Shown here piece after piece: positions 47,558 to 57,292 of a stretch of DNA of 64,000 bases. How positions within the stretch are numbered: position 1 is the stretch's first letter; each line of letters begins with the position of its first letter. The translations under genes were made by a program, and so were the position numbers. A model generated the notes under the pieces. It did no database searches, was not told the DNA's origin, and saw only the letters and a program-made list of their open reading frames with translations. Source of the stretch: an uncultured Alphaproteobacteria bacterium (lineage in GTDB: Bacteria > Pseudomonadota > Alphaproteobacteria > Methylaequorales > Methylaequoraceae); contig CACMWI010000003.1 in the NCBI GenBank assembly GCA_902617375.1, positions 138,092-202,091 of the forward strand. The letters run 5' to 3'.

Positions 47558-48206
47558 TTTTTTTTAAAAGTAATTTAGCGGCATTAATTTCTGCATCTTG
47601 TTTATTTTTACCTTCTCCAATAACAATTAAATCATTACTGTGATTTACACTTATTTTAAAAATTGGTTCATGTTCAGGACCAGTTTTACTTACAAAATTA
47701 TATTCAGGAAGTTTATTGTTTTTTTTTAAGCACAATTCTTGTAATCTAGATTTTGGATCATATTTTGACAAATCAATATTCTTTATTTCTTCTTTCCAAA
47801 GATTTACAACAACGGTTTGTACTGTTTCAAAATCTGAGTCCAAAAAAATTGCAGCGACTAGGGCCTCAAGTGAATTTGCTTTTATTGAGTCAATTGATTT
47901 AATTTTTATATCATTTGAAACTTTTATATAACGGTGAAGTTGAATCAGACTTGCTATTTTTATAAGAGTTCTTTTACACACCAAGAAGGAATGTTTTTTT
48001 GCAAGTTCACCTTCAGAGTCTTTTTTAAAATTTTTATAAAGATTAATAGATATAATTAATCCTAAGATCCTATCACCTAGAAACTCTAACTTTTCATAGT
48101 TTTTTTTATTTTTATCAAAACTTGAATGTGTCAAAGATGTTTCTAAAAGTTCAAAATCTTTAAAACTATATCTTATATCATTAAAAAGTTTGGAATACTT
48201 GTTCAT
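47538..48206 (-). CDS. rnc: Ribonuclease III
   Basis: LTHSS, YEKLEFLGDRIL and dsRBD DPKSRLQE..GPEHEP motifs. Confidence 0.97.
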   Translation of the reverse strand: MNKYSKLFNDIRYSFKDFELLETSLTHSSFDKNKKNYEKLEFLGDRILGLIISINLYKNFKKDSEGELAKKHSFLVCKRTLIKIASLIQLHRYIKVSNDIKIKSIDSIKANSLEALVAAIFLDSDFETVQTVVVNLWKEEIKNIDLSKYDPKSRLQELCLKKNNKLPEYNFVSKTGPEHEPIFKISVNHSNDLIVIGEGKNKQDAEINAAKLLLKKIENKKI

Positions 48207-48964
48207 TCTTTTTTTTTAGGAACCAAACTAACAAAAAATCTATCTTTTCTTAGGGCAGGATACCAAGTCCAGAATTTCAAAAAACTTCCTATTTCAGTAT
48301 CAAATGAAACAGCCACAACTTCAGCTCTACCCACTAAGTTCTCTCTTGGAATTAATCCAATAAATCTACTATCTTGTGAATTATCTCGATTATCTCCAAG
48401 AACAAAAAAATGATCTATAGGAATTTTAATTTTGTCAAAGTTGTTAGTATTTAAACCCTCAAGCACTTTTTCAAATTCATAGACTTCATATGTTAACTTG
48501 TTAGGTAATGTCTCCATAATTTTTGAAACATTAAAAGATTTGTATTTTTCAACATTTTTTTTTGTTACACTTATTTCTTTGTTGTTGATTATTAATATAT
48601 TATCCTTCATTTCTAACACATCGCCCGGGAGACCAACAACGCGTTTTATGTAGTCAGTTCTATTATCCTCGGGTGTTTTAAAAACAACAATTTCACCTCT
48701 TTCTGGCTCTTTGGAAAACAACCTGCCTGGAATAATAGGTATACTTAATGGAAGAGAATGTTTTGAAAAACCGTATGAAAACTTAGATACAAATAGATAA
48801 TCTCCAACTTTTAGATTTGGATACATAGATCCAGAGGGAATGCTAAAAGGCTCATAAAGGAAACTTCTAATTAATAGAGCAGCAATGATTGCATATAAAA
48901 GTGAGATCAAGTTTTTCTTAAAATTACCATCTTTTTTTTTTTCTTTAAAAAAAGTATTTTTCAT
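48203..48964 (-). CDS. lepB: Signal peptidase I
   Basis: IPSGSM.P.L..GD, YIKRVVGLPGD and GDNRDNSQDSR motifs. Confidence 0.97.
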   Translation of the reverse strand: MKNTFFKEKKKDGNFKKNLISLLYAIIAALLIRSFLYEPFSIPSGSMYPNLKVGDYLFVSKFSYGFSKHSLPLSIPIIPGRLFSKEPERGEIVVFKTPEDNRTDYIKRVVGLPGDVLEMKDNILIINNKEISVTKKNVEKYKSFNVSKIMETLPNKLTYEVYEFEKVLEGLNTNNFDKIKIPIDHFFVLGDNRDNSQDSRFIGLIPRENLVGRAEVVAVSFDTEIGSFLKFWTWYPALRKDRFFVSLVPKKKE

Positions 48965-48988
48965 ATTTGAATTTTATTACAAAAATAT

Positions 48989-49723
48989 TCAAATGCTAGG
49001 ATGATTTATAATTTTCATGAATTTCTTTATTGTCATATCCAAACCATCCATTATAGCATTGGAAATTAAAAAATGTCCTACGTTGAGTTCTATAATATTC
49101 GGTATTTTTGAAATTTCCTCCACGTTATCGAAGTTTAATCCATGTCCAGCATGACAATCTATTCCAATCTCTAGACAATGCTCTGCTGCTTGCTTAATTC
49201 TATTTAATTCTAAATGATGATTTTTTTTATTGAAATTAATAGCAAATTTGCCTGTATGAATTTCAATTACTTTTACTCCAAGCCTTGCGACTGCATCAAT
49301 CTGCTCTATGTCAGGATCTACAAAAAATGACAACTTTATATCTTTGTCTTTAAATCCAGATACAAATTCGCCAAGATAATCTAACTGATTTTTAACATCC
49401 AACCCTCCTTCAGTTGTAAGTTCTTCTCTTCTTTCAGGAACAATACAGCAGGAAAAAGGATTTGTTTTAAAACAAATGTTTTTCATTTCATCAGTAGCTG
49501 CCATCTCTAAATTTAGAGGGAGATAATTTCTGTTTTTTAGTTCTTCAACATCTTTATCGTTTATGTGTCTTCTGTCTTCTCTTAAGTGGACTGTGATCAA
49601 GTCAACATTACAGTCCCTTAAAATATTAGCGACTTTTAATAAATCAGGAAAATTTTCATTTCTTGCATTTCTTAGAGTTGCCACATGATCTATATTAACT
49701 CCCAATCTTATTTTTTTTTTCAT
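48989..49723 (-). CDS. pdxJ: Pyridoxine 5'-phosphate synthase
   Basis: LGVNIDHVATLRNAR, HLREDRRHI, TTEGGLD and HAGHGL motifs; start at MKKKIRLG. Confidence 0.97.
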   Translation of the reverse strand: MKKKIRLGVNIDHVATLRNARNENFPDLLKVANILRDCNVDLITVHLREDRRHINDKDVEELKNRNYLPLNLEMAATDEMKNICFKTNPFSCCIVPERREELTTEGGLDVKNQLDYLGEFVSGFKDKDIKLSFFVDPDIEQIDAVARLGVKVIEIHTGKFAINFNKKNHHLELNRIKQAAEHCLEIGIDCHAGHGLNFDNVEEISKIPNIIELNVGHFLISNAIMDGLDMTIKKFMKIINHPSI

Positions 49724-50144
49724 AAAATCTTTTTTCCAAATAAAATTTACTAATTCTATAAGTAATAAACCAGGTTGTAATTGCAATAGGTAAACTACCT
49801 AGCAAAGTAGGAAAAAATAATTCACTAAAATTTTCTATTAAGAAACCTATTTTAAACTCGTAATACTCAAGTGGAGAGTAAACAAAATTTACACCCAATT
49901 TATAGGCAACGTAAAAAAAGATAGGAAAAGTCCATGGATTTCCAATTACTGAACCAACAGTAGCAGCTATCAAATTGCCACGCATTGCAAGTGTACCTAG
50001 GTAGCAAATTATCAAATGAAAGCCCAACAAGGGTGTAAACGATATTGCTACACCCCATGCTAAACCAATCGCCACTGATTCAGGAAAATCTCTGATTCTA
50101 TAAATCTTCATTTTAATATTTCTAAAATATTTAGAAAATTGCAT
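49695..50144 (-). CDS. DUF2062-family membrane protein
   Basis: P.SVA.G.A.GV..SFTP..GFH and GNPWTFP motifs. Confidence 0.8.
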   Translation of the reverse strand: MQFSKYFRNIKMKIYRIRDFPESVAIGLAWGVAISFTPLLGFHLIICYLGTLAMRGNLIAATVGSVIGNPWTFPIFFYVAYKLGVNFVYSPLEYYEFKIGFLIENFSELFFPTLLGSLPIAITTWFITYRISKFYLEKRFYEKKNKIGS

Positions 50145-50153
50145 TAAATCCTC

Positions 50154-52292
50154 CTAAATCCTCGAAACACTCTCTATAAAATCAGAAGTTCTCAAAGAGG
50201 CAATTACTTTACTAAGATGAGATTTATTTTTTACATCAATGTCGATATTAATTTTGAAAAAGTCAGTATTTCTTTCAGTTATTTCTAAGTTTCTAATATT
50301 ACTTAAAGATTTTCCAATAATGGAAGACAAGACACCTAATGCACCAATCTTATTTCGGATTAAAACATTTATTTTAGCCACAAAATCGTTTTTTTTGTAT
50401 TTTAAGTTTTCCCATGATACTTTAATAAATTTATGATTTTTGGACTTTACTTTTTTTAATTCCTTACATAATTTTAAATGAATAATTAATCCCTTATTTT
50501 TCATTACAAAAGAAATAGCTTCGTCTCCTGGAATTGGGTTGCAGCATTTTGCAAAGTGAATACTCATCCCTGGAGTAAGGCCATGGACGATTAGAGGAAA
50601 ATCGTCTGATCTATTTTTTTCTTTAAGCTTATTAAAGATTACAATCTTATCATTTTTTTTAAGAAGTTTTTCTTCAGGAAACATAGATGATACTATCTTA
50701 TTAGGGAAAATTTTACCACATCCTATAAATTTATAAAGATTGTCTAAGTCTTTAAGCTTAAACTTATCTAGAATGTTTTTAACATTTGTTTCTGAGTATC
50801 TCATACCCTTATTCTTGAAATGATTAATTAAGATTTCTTTTCCAAGCTTTTTAAAATCCTCGTCTTCTTTTGTGTGGAGGTATCTTTTAATACAAACTCG
50901 TGCTTTTCCTGTGATAGAAAATTCGAGCCAGTCTGGAAGAACTGAATTACCTTTACCGCGAATGATTTCTACCTGATCTCCATTTTTAAGCTTAGTTGAA
51001 AGTGGTTTAATAGAATTATTAATTTTTACTCCTGAACAGAAATAACCCACATCAGAATGGACAGAAAATGCGAAATCCAATGGCATTGCCCCTTTTGGCA
51101 AAGCAACAATATCCCCTTTTGGTGTAAAAACAAAAACTTGATCTGCATGCATTTGCATTTTGGTGTGTTCAAGAAACTCTTCTGGTTCATTTGATTGATC
51201 GAGAATATCTAGGATTTGTCTCATCCACCTATATTGTTTTCCATCTTTTGGATTAATCTTATCTTTATATATCCAATGTGCTGCAACGCCAAACTCTGCT
51301 TTTTCATTCATCTCGAATGTTCTTATTTGAATTTCTATTCTCTGATTTAGAGGACCAATAAGTGTCGTATGTATTGATTGGTAACCGTTCGGTTTGGGAG
51401 TTGAGATATAATCTTTGAATCTTCCTGGAACATATGAATAACCTTGATGAAGAAGACCTAAAACTTCATAACTAGTTTTGGTATCTTTTACTAAAATTGT
51501 AAAGGCCATTATATCTGAAAGTTGAGAAAAATTTACAGACTTTACTTTCATTTTTTTCCAAATAGAGTAAGGAGTTTTTTCTCTGCCAAAAACTTTGAAT
51601 ACTATTTTATTCTCGAGAAGAAACTCTTCAATATTCTTAATAATTTTATCTAAAATATCTTCATCTTGTTGTCTCAACATCAACAGTCTTTGAATTATTG
51701 AATCTCTGAGCTCTGGCTCAGTTACATTAAAACTTAAATCATCTAGTTCTTTTCTGATTTCTTCCATCCCAAGTCTTTCGGCAAGAGGTGAATAGATTTC
51801 AAGCGTTTCATACGATATTCTTTTTTTTTTCTTCTCATCTTTTATAAATTTAAGTGTTCTCATATTATGAAGTCTATCTGCAAGCTTAACAAATAACACT
51901 CTTATGTCTCTTGATGTAGCAAGTAATAATTTCCTGAAGTTTTCTGCTTGATTAAACTTGTCAGATCTACCCTCAAATTTTGACAATTTTGTAACACCGT
52001 CTACTAAAGATGAAATTTCAGAACCAAAACTTTTTTTTATATCCTCAAGACTATATGTTGTATCTTCAACAACATCATGAAGAAGAGCAGTAATTATTGT
52101 TCTGGAATCGAATTTGTGATCGGCAAGTATACCAGCCACTTCCAATGGATGAGAGAAAAAAGGATCTCCAGACGCCCTTGTTTGACTTCCATGAGCTCTC
52201 ATTGAAAAAACATATGCTTTGTTGAGAAGTTTTTCCTCTACGTTTGGATCATATGATTTTACTTTTTCTAATAATTCAACTTGTCGTAACAC
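50154..52292 (-). CDS. spoT: Bifunctional (p)ppGpp synthetase/hydrolase (Rel/SpoT)
   Basis: HD domain LHDVVED, KLADRLHNMRT, RFKDYI.TPK.NGYQSIHT, TGS and ACT domains. Confidence 0.97.
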   Translation of the reverse strand: MLRQVELLEKVKSYDPNVEEKLLNKAYVFSMRAHGSQTRASGDPFFSHPLEVAGILADHKFDSRTIITALLHDVVEDTTYSLEDIKKSFGSEISSLVDGVTKLSKFEGRSDKFNQAENFRKLLLATSRDIRVLFVKLADRLHNMRTLKFIKDEKKKKRISYETLEIYSPLAERLGMEEIRKELDDLSFNVTEPELRDSIIQRLLMLRQQDEDILDKIIKNIEEFLLENKIVFKVFGREKTPYSIWKKMKVKSVNFSQLSDIMAFTILVKDTKTSYEVLGLLHQGYSYVPGRFKDYISTPKPNGYQSIHTTLIGPLNQRIEIQIRTFEMNEKAEFGVAAHWIYKDKINPKDGKQYRWMRQILDILDQSNEPEEFLEHTKMQMHADQVFVFTPKGDIVALPKGAMPLDFAFSVHSDVGYFCSGVKINNSIKPLSTKLKNGDQVEIIRGKGNSVLPDWLEFSITGKARVCIKRYLHTKEDEDFKKLGKEILINHFKNKGMRYSETNVKNILDKFKLKDLDNLYKFIGCGKIFPNKIVSSMFPEEKLLKKNDKIVIFNKLKEKNRSDDFPLIVHGLTPGMSIHFAKCCNPIPGDEAISFVMKNKGLIIHLKLCKELKKVKSKNHKFIKVSWENLKYKKNDFVAKINVLIRNKIGALGVLSSIIGKSLSNIRNLEITERNTDFFKINIDIDVKNKSHLSKVIASLRTSDFIESVSRI

Positions 52293-52344
52293 AACAAAAT
52301 TTTATGATAAAAACCAAAGTTTTTAAATATTAAATTATTTTTTT

Positions 52345-52800
52345 TTAGTCTTTTTGCTTTTCTAAATCAGCTTCTGGATTATCTGTCAGATCTTCTTCTT
52401 GGCTGTTATTTTTCTTCTGACTAATAAGTTTCTGAATTTCATTTTGAGTCATATATATTTTTTTTCGTTTCTTTTCAGATGCATTTTCTTTTTCGAAATT
52501 ATCAAAGGAAACTTGAGAAGCATTTTCATTCATTGGAACTGTTTCATTATCGTCTATATCTGTGTCTTCTACTGGTTGATATCTTTGCGATGAAACTACA
52601 ATCGAGTCCCAGGTTTTAACCAAATCGATTTTCTTTTCAGCTATTTCTCGCAATGCAATAACGGTGTATTTATCGTTATCGATAGACACTTCAGCTTGAG
52701 ATCCAGATGATAAATCCCTAGCTCTGTTACAAGCGTATATAACTAATTGAAATCTATTAGGTATAGATGTTGTACAGTCTTCTGTAGTTACTCTAGCCAT
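52345..52800 (-). CDS. rpoZ: RNA polymerase omega subunit with long acidic C-terminal extension
   Basis: MARVTTEDC...NRF.LV, R.R.L..G and [12 protein letters not shown] motifs. Confidence 0.96.
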   Translation of the reverse strand: MARVTTEDCTTSIPNRFQLVIYACNRARDLSSGSQAEVSIDNDKYTVIALREIAEKKIDLVKTWDSIVVSSQRYQPVEDTDIDDNETVPMNENASQVSFDNFEKENASEKKRKKIYMTQNEIQKLISQKKNNSQEEDLTDNPEADLEKQKD

Positions 52801-52805
52801 TTAAG

Positions 52806-53291
52806 TCAATTTATATTGTAAATTTTCTGGTTTGCAAGTTTTTTTAAAATGTTTTTTGCTTTTTCTTTTAATATGGGATGTACCCATTCTTTGTTAATAT
52901 CACATAATGGTTGCATAACAAATCTTCTTAAATGCATTCTCGGGTGGGGTAATTCTAGGTGTTTATCTTTTAAAATTATTTCATTGTAACACAACAGGTC
53001 AAGATCAATAACTCTTGATTCGTTTTTAAAATGTCTGACTCTTTTAAAAATTTTCTCGATGTTCATTAATTCCGATAAAATTTTTTTTGGCAAGAAATTT
53101 GTTTTTACACTAACTACCCCATTAACATACATTGTCTGATTTGATTTAGGAATTGGTTCAGTCTCGTAAAAATTTGAAACTTTTTCAAGTTCAAAACTTT
53201 TTTCCAAAAATTCCATAGCTTTTTGACAGTTTTTAATGGGATCACCATAAGTTTCAGATTTTAAATTTGACCCTAATGCTATCAATATCAT
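52806..53291 (-). CDS. folK: 2-amino-4-hydroxy-6-hydroxymethyldihydropteridine diphosphokinase
   Basis: IALGSNL, YETEP, RVIDLDLL and LPHPRMHLRRFV motifs; start at MILIALG. Confidence 0.95.
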   Translation of the reverse strand: MILIALGSNLKSETYGDPIKNCQKAMEFLEKSFELEKVSNFYETEPIPKSNQTMYVNGVVSVKTNFLPKKILSELMNIEKIFKRVRHFKNESRVIDLDLLCYNEIILKDKHLELPHPRMHLRRFVMQPLCDINKEWVHPILKEKAKNILKKLANQKIYNIN

Positions 53292-53746
53292 TTTTTCTCC
53301 AATCTGGCTTTTTCTCTTTTCCAATCTTGCTGTTTTTTATATTCTCTTAAATCGCCTTTTTTTCTTCCTTTTGATATTCCCAAGAGAATTTTAATAAAAC
53401 CCTTTTTATTAAAATGAAGATCTAGAGGGATCATTGTTAAGCCATTTTGTTTAACTTTCATATTGATTTTGTAAATTTCAGTCTTGTTTAACAAGAGCTT
53501 TTTAGATCTTATATTATTCGTTGTTTCAGGACTATTTTCATAACTCTTTAGATCTACATAAAGATTATTTATCCAAAATTCACCTTTTTTATCAACTGCG
53601 TAAGAATTATCTAAAGAAACTCTACCTTTTCTTATTGATTTAACTTCAGCCCCAGTTAGAACGATTCCTACTTCAATCTGATCTATTATTTGATAATTAA
53701 ACTTAGCTTTTCTGTTTAGAGCTATTATAGATTTTGATTTTTTCAC
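53288..53746 (-). CDS. smpB: SsrA-binding protein
   Basis: NRKAKFNY, G.VL.GAEVKSIR, KKLLL and KGRKK.D.RE motifs. Confidence 0.95.
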   Translation of the reverse strand: MKKSKSIIALNRKAKFNYQIIDQIEVGIVLTGAEVKSIRKGRVSLDNSYAVDKKGEFWINNLYVDLKSYENSPETTNNIRSKKLLLNKTEIYKINMKVKQNGLTMIPLDLHFNKKGFIKILLGISKGRKKGDLREYKKQQDWKREKARLEKK

Positions 53747-53752
53747 CTACTT

Positions 53753-54634
53753 TTAAATAAGATTAAGATTTCGCAAAGCTTTATCGATCTCAAGCATTGT
53801 CGATTTTGTTACAGTTGTAAGAGGAAGCCTTAGTATATTTTTGCATCTTTTAAGTTTGCTGAGAGCATATTTTACTGGGCATGGACTTGTCTCTAAAAAC
53901 AATGCTTTATTTAAAATGAACAGAAGTTGATTTAACCTCATTGATTCTTCAATTTGTCTATTTATCCATGAATTATAAATCTGGGCGCACAAACGTGGAG
54001 TTACATTTGCAGTAACAGATATGCAACCAACACCTCCATTTATTAAAAAAGCTAGAAAAGTTGCATCTTCTCCTGATAATTGAATGAATTTTTTTCCACA
54101 ATTTTGAATTACATTCATTGGTGCAGCTAAATCTGAAGTTGCATCCTTAACTCCAACTATATTTGGTATCTTAGATAATTTAATAAGAAGTTCTGATGAA
54201 ATTTTTTTTACAGATCTACCTGGAATATCATATAAATATATAGGAAAGCCATTACATTTTTTTGCAATTGCACTGAAATGTTTGTAAAGTCCATCATCAC
54301 TTGGTTTATTGTAGTAAGGAGTTACCAACAATGTTGCATCTGCTTTAGATTTTTTGGCATGTTCAACTAAATCAATTGTTTCTGCGGTCGAATTTGAGCC
54401 ACAACCAGCCATAACCGGGACTCTATTTTTAGATCTTTTGATTATAAAGTTTGTTACTTCTTTATGCTCTTCGTGACTTAGAGTTGGGGATTCACCAGTT
54501 GTTCCACAAGAAACCAAGCCGTGTGAACCTTCAGAAATTAAAAATTCAATATGTTTGGCAAGAGAATCAAAATCAACTTCTAAATTTTTAGTGAAAGGAG
54601 TTATAACTGCTGGGATTGAACCTTTGAATATCAT
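53753..54634 (-). CDS. dapA: 4-hydroxy-tetrahydrodipicolinate synthase
   Basis: ITPF, CGTTGESPTL, PYYNKP, Y.IPGR, GVKDAT and LSGED motifs. Confidence 0.97.
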   Translation of the reverse strand: MIFKGSIPAVITPFTKNLEVDFDSLAKHIEFLISEGSHGLVSCGTTGESPTLSHEEHKEVTNFIIKRSKNRVPVMAGCGSNSTAETIDLVEHAKKSKADATLLVTPYYNKPSDDGLYKHFSAIAKKCNGFPIYLYDIPGRSVKKISSELLIKLSKIPNIVGVKDATSDLAAPMNVIQNCGKKFIQLSGEDATFLAFLINGGVGCISVTANVTPRLCAQIYNSWINRQIEESMRLNQLLFILNKALFLETSPCPVKYALSKLKRCKNILRLPLTTVTKSTMLEIDKALRNLNLI

Positions 54635-54712
54635 TTTGATCTCTGTTAGACAATAAAAATATTATAATATTCTTATTGTTAATTATTTTCTAGGAAATAA
54701 TAATATGTTTTT

Positions 54713-56653
54713 ATGATTAAAAATAAATTAAGAATTAATCTCTTTTTTTTTTTAAGTTTAATTTTCCATTGGAATTCTTATGCTCTTGATCCACCAAGTG
54801 TAAAAGCCAGACCTGAAATAAAAGTTTATGTTTACCAAGATGTTTTTGATCAAATAAAAAAACAAAACTGGGCAATGGCTATAGTTTTGGCAGATGATTA
54901 TAAAAATGAAAATTTATCTTCGTATATCAGGTGGCTTGATATAACTCGTCCTGGAAGTAATCATAACTTTCAATACTTAACTAATTTTTATAAAAATCAC
55001 AAACATTGGCCAAAAAACGAAATTTTAATTAGAAAAATTGAATCATCAATTGAAAGTAAAACTGAACCTGAAAAAATTATAGAGTGGTATCAAAACAATC
55101 CACCCCAAACCTCAAAAGGTAAAATCGATTACCTTGAAAGTTTGATAAAAGTCGGAAAAATAACAGAAAAAAAAAAAAGAATTAAGGATATATGGATAAA
55201 TTCTAATTTGACCTATTCCCAACAAAAATATTTTATAAAAAAATATAAAAATTTTTGGAATAATAATGATAATTGGCAAAGATTTAATAGACTGATGTAT
55301 GAAGGTAAGAATGTTTCAGCAAGAAGAACTTTGAATCGAATCCGAGGAGACTACAGAAAGCTTGGTGAGGCTCGATTAGGCCTAAGTAGACGAGTAGGAA
55401 ATGTATCTTCATTAATTAAAGATGTTCCAGAAAGATTAAAAAATGATCCTGGGCTTATTTATGAAAGAATGAGATGGAGAAGAAAAGCAAAACTTGAAAC
55501 CGCTGGAGATTTATTAATTAACCCACCAAATGAAATTGAAAATGTTAGAAACTGGTGGATCAATTCAAGAATAATAGTAAGAAGATTATTAAACAAGAAA
55601 AAGTATAAAAAGGCATATCAAATATTAAAAAATCACAACCTTCCACTTTCTTATCAGTCTGGATTAGAAGCGGAATGGCTAGCTGGATGGGTTTCTTTTT
55701 CTCATTTAAAATTATACGATAAAGCCATCGGACACTTTGAAAAAGTTTTCAATAACTCAGATAATAATTTTAGATCTAAAGCAGCATACTGGTTAGCATT
55801 AACAAACATAGAAAAAAATTCTGACAAAAAGATTATATCTAAGTGGCTCAAAGAATCTTCTAAAAATAAGTTTTCATTTTATGGACAAAATGCTGCATTA
55901 AAGCTTAAAACTTATAATTTAAAAAAAGAAAAAAAAGTGTTAAGAAAACCCGAGAAATATGAGGATCTACTTGAAGTAATAAATATTATTATTCAATCAA
56001 GACAAAGTAATTTTAAGTCTTATCCATTTTTTAAAAAAGTTTTTGAATTATGTTCTATTGATGAGGAAAAGTTTTATGTTCTTGAAAAAGCTTATAAACT
56101 TTCAAATAAAAATATCGTTGGTAAATTATCAAAACAGCTCAAAGTTCCATCTGTAAAATATTCATATCCAGAAATTACAGAATTTATCCCCAATAAATTT
56201 GAAAGTTCAAAACCAACTATAGCTCTTATTCATGCAATAATTCACCAAGAGAGTAACTTTTCAATAAATGCATACAGCTCTGCAGGTGCAAGAGGTTTAA
56301 TGCAACTAATGCCATTTACTGCGAAAAAAGTAGCACGAGATTTAAAAATTAAGTACTACAAAAATAGATTAACAACAAATCCTGAATACAATATTTTGTT
56401 GGGTACGACCTACATTAATGAAATGCTGATTAAATTTAGAAATGCTTTACCGTTGGCACTTGCTGCTTACAATGCAGGACCAAATAGGGTGAAAATTTGG
56501 ATTAAAAGATATGGCGACCCAAGAAAAAAAGAAATAAGTTATGTAAATTGGATTGAATCTATTCCGATCACAGAAACAAGATTTTATGTGCAAAAAGTTC
56601 TTTCAAACTTAAGAATTTATCAAAAAAAATATAACCTAAGTCTATACAATTAA
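54713..56653 (+). CDS. Soluble lytic murein transglycosylase (Slt70-like)
   Basis: Signal peptide, helical repeat region and SLT domain IIHQESNF, SSAGARGLMQLMP.TA, AYNAGP, ETRFYV. Confidence 0.93.
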   Translation: MIKNKLRINLFFFLSLIFHWNSYALDPPSVKARPEIKVYVYQDVFDQIKKQNWAMAIVLADDYKNENLSSYIRWLDITRPGSNHNFQYLTNFYKNHKHWPKNEILIRKIESSIESKTEPEKIIEWYQNNPPQTSKGKIDYLESLIKVGKITEKKKRIKDIWINSNLTYSQQKYFIKKYKNFWNNNDNWQRFNRLMYEGKNVSARRTLNRIRGDYRKLGEARLGLSRRVGNVSSLIKDVPERLKNDPGLIYERMRWRRKAKLETAGDLLINPPNEIENVRNWWINSRIIVRRLLNKKKYKKAYQILKNHNLPLSYQSGLEAEWLAGWVSFSHLKLYDKAIGHFEKVFNNSDNNFRSKAAYWLALTNIEKNSDKKIISKWLKESSKNKFSFYGQNAALKLKTYNLKKEKKVLRKPEKYEDLLEVINIIIQSRQSNFKSYPFFKKVFELCSIDEEKFYVLEKAYKLSNKNIVGKLSKQLKVPSVKYSYPEITEFIPNKFESSKPTIALIHAIIHQESNFSINAYSSAGARGLMQLMPFTAKKVARDLKIKYYKNRLTTNPEYNILLGTTYINEMLIKFRNALPLALAAYNAGPNRVKIWIKRYGDPRKKEISYVNWIESIPITETRFYVQKVLSNLRIYQKKYNLSLYN

Positions 56654-56674
56654 AAAAATTTTTTATATGCCATA

Positions 56675-56703
56675 TTGACAGTAAGACAATTTGACACTAT
56701 ATT
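56675..56703 (+). promoter_or_regulatory. Promoter of the small heat-shock gene
   Basis: TTGACA-N17-TATATT, compatible with sigma70 and alphaproteobacterial RpoH-like consensus. Confidence 0.65.
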
Positions 56704-56706
56704 AGT

Positions 56707-56772
56707 ATTGTATCGCCTAACTAGGGATACAAAATATTAATAATCTTGCTTAAATAAAGGAGATATAAAATG
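56707..56772 (+). promoter_or_regulatory. ROSE-like RNA thermometer
   Basis: 5' hairpin TTGTATC(G)CCT/AGGGATACAA, then ATCTT-G-CT pairing with AG-GAGAT (SD) around a bulged G (UUGCU motif), upstream of an Hsp20 gene. Confidence 0.8.
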
Positions 56773-57201
56773 CAAAATACAATTACAAATATTGATAGAC
56801 AAAGATTCACACCATTTACGGTGGGCTTTGATGATTTGTTTGATAGACTTTTCGATATGGAAGTTAACACTTCCTCCGGATATCCGCCATACAATATAAT
56901 AAAATCAGATGATTACAATTATCACATCGAAATTGCAGTGGCAGGCTTTAATAAAGATCAAATTGAAGTTGAACTTTCTGATGGTGTATTAACAGTAAGA
57001 TCAAAGATTAAAGATCAAAAAGCTAATGAAACTCAAAATATTATTCATCAAGGAATTTCTCAAAGAAATTTTGTAAGAAAATTTACATTATCTGATGAAA
57101 TAAGAGTTAAAAGTGCAGACTTAAATGATGGTATGTTGAAGATTAAATTAGAAAAAGTTATACCAGAGCACAAAAAACCAAAATTGATTACCATCAAATA
57201 A
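56770..57201 (+). CDS. ibpA: Small heat shock protein (IbpA/Hsp20)
   Basis: VGFD.LFD, YPPYNI, IAVAGF, HQGIS.R.F.R.F.L and GML.I.L....PE..KP..I.I motifs. Confidence 0.93.
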   Translation: MQNTITNIDRQRFTPFTVGFDDLFDRLFDMEVNTSSGYPPYNIIKSDDYNYHIEIAVAGFNKDQIEVELSDGVLTVRSKIKDQKANETQNIIHQGISQRNFVRKFTLSDEIRVKSADLNDGMLKIKLEKVIPEHKKPKLITIK

Positions 57202-57203
57202 TT

Positions 57204-57227
57204 TGTAGGGGGAAAATTCCCCCTGCA
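57204..57227 (+). terminator. GC-rich hairpin after ibpA (likely terminator)
   Basis: TGTAGGGGGAA-AA-TTCCCCCTGCA inverted repeat just after the stop codon; weak U tract. Confidence 0.7.
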
Positions 57228-57265
57228 CTTAAATTATTGACATATTAAACTTTTAATATTAATTA

Positions 57266-57284
57266 GATAATAATAATCATTATC
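57266..57284 (+). promoter_or_regulatory. Fur box
   Basis: GATAATAATAATCATTATC matches the classical GATAATGATAATCATTATC at 18/19 positions; 8 nt upstream of the Fe(III)-binding protein ATG; TTGACA at 57237. Confidence 0.82.
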
Positions 57285-57292
57285 AAATTAAT

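Noticed and set aside
52345-52560. Long acidic tail on RpoZ as a novel fusion
   Set aside because: Acidic C-terminal extensions of omega are usual in Alphaproteobacteria.
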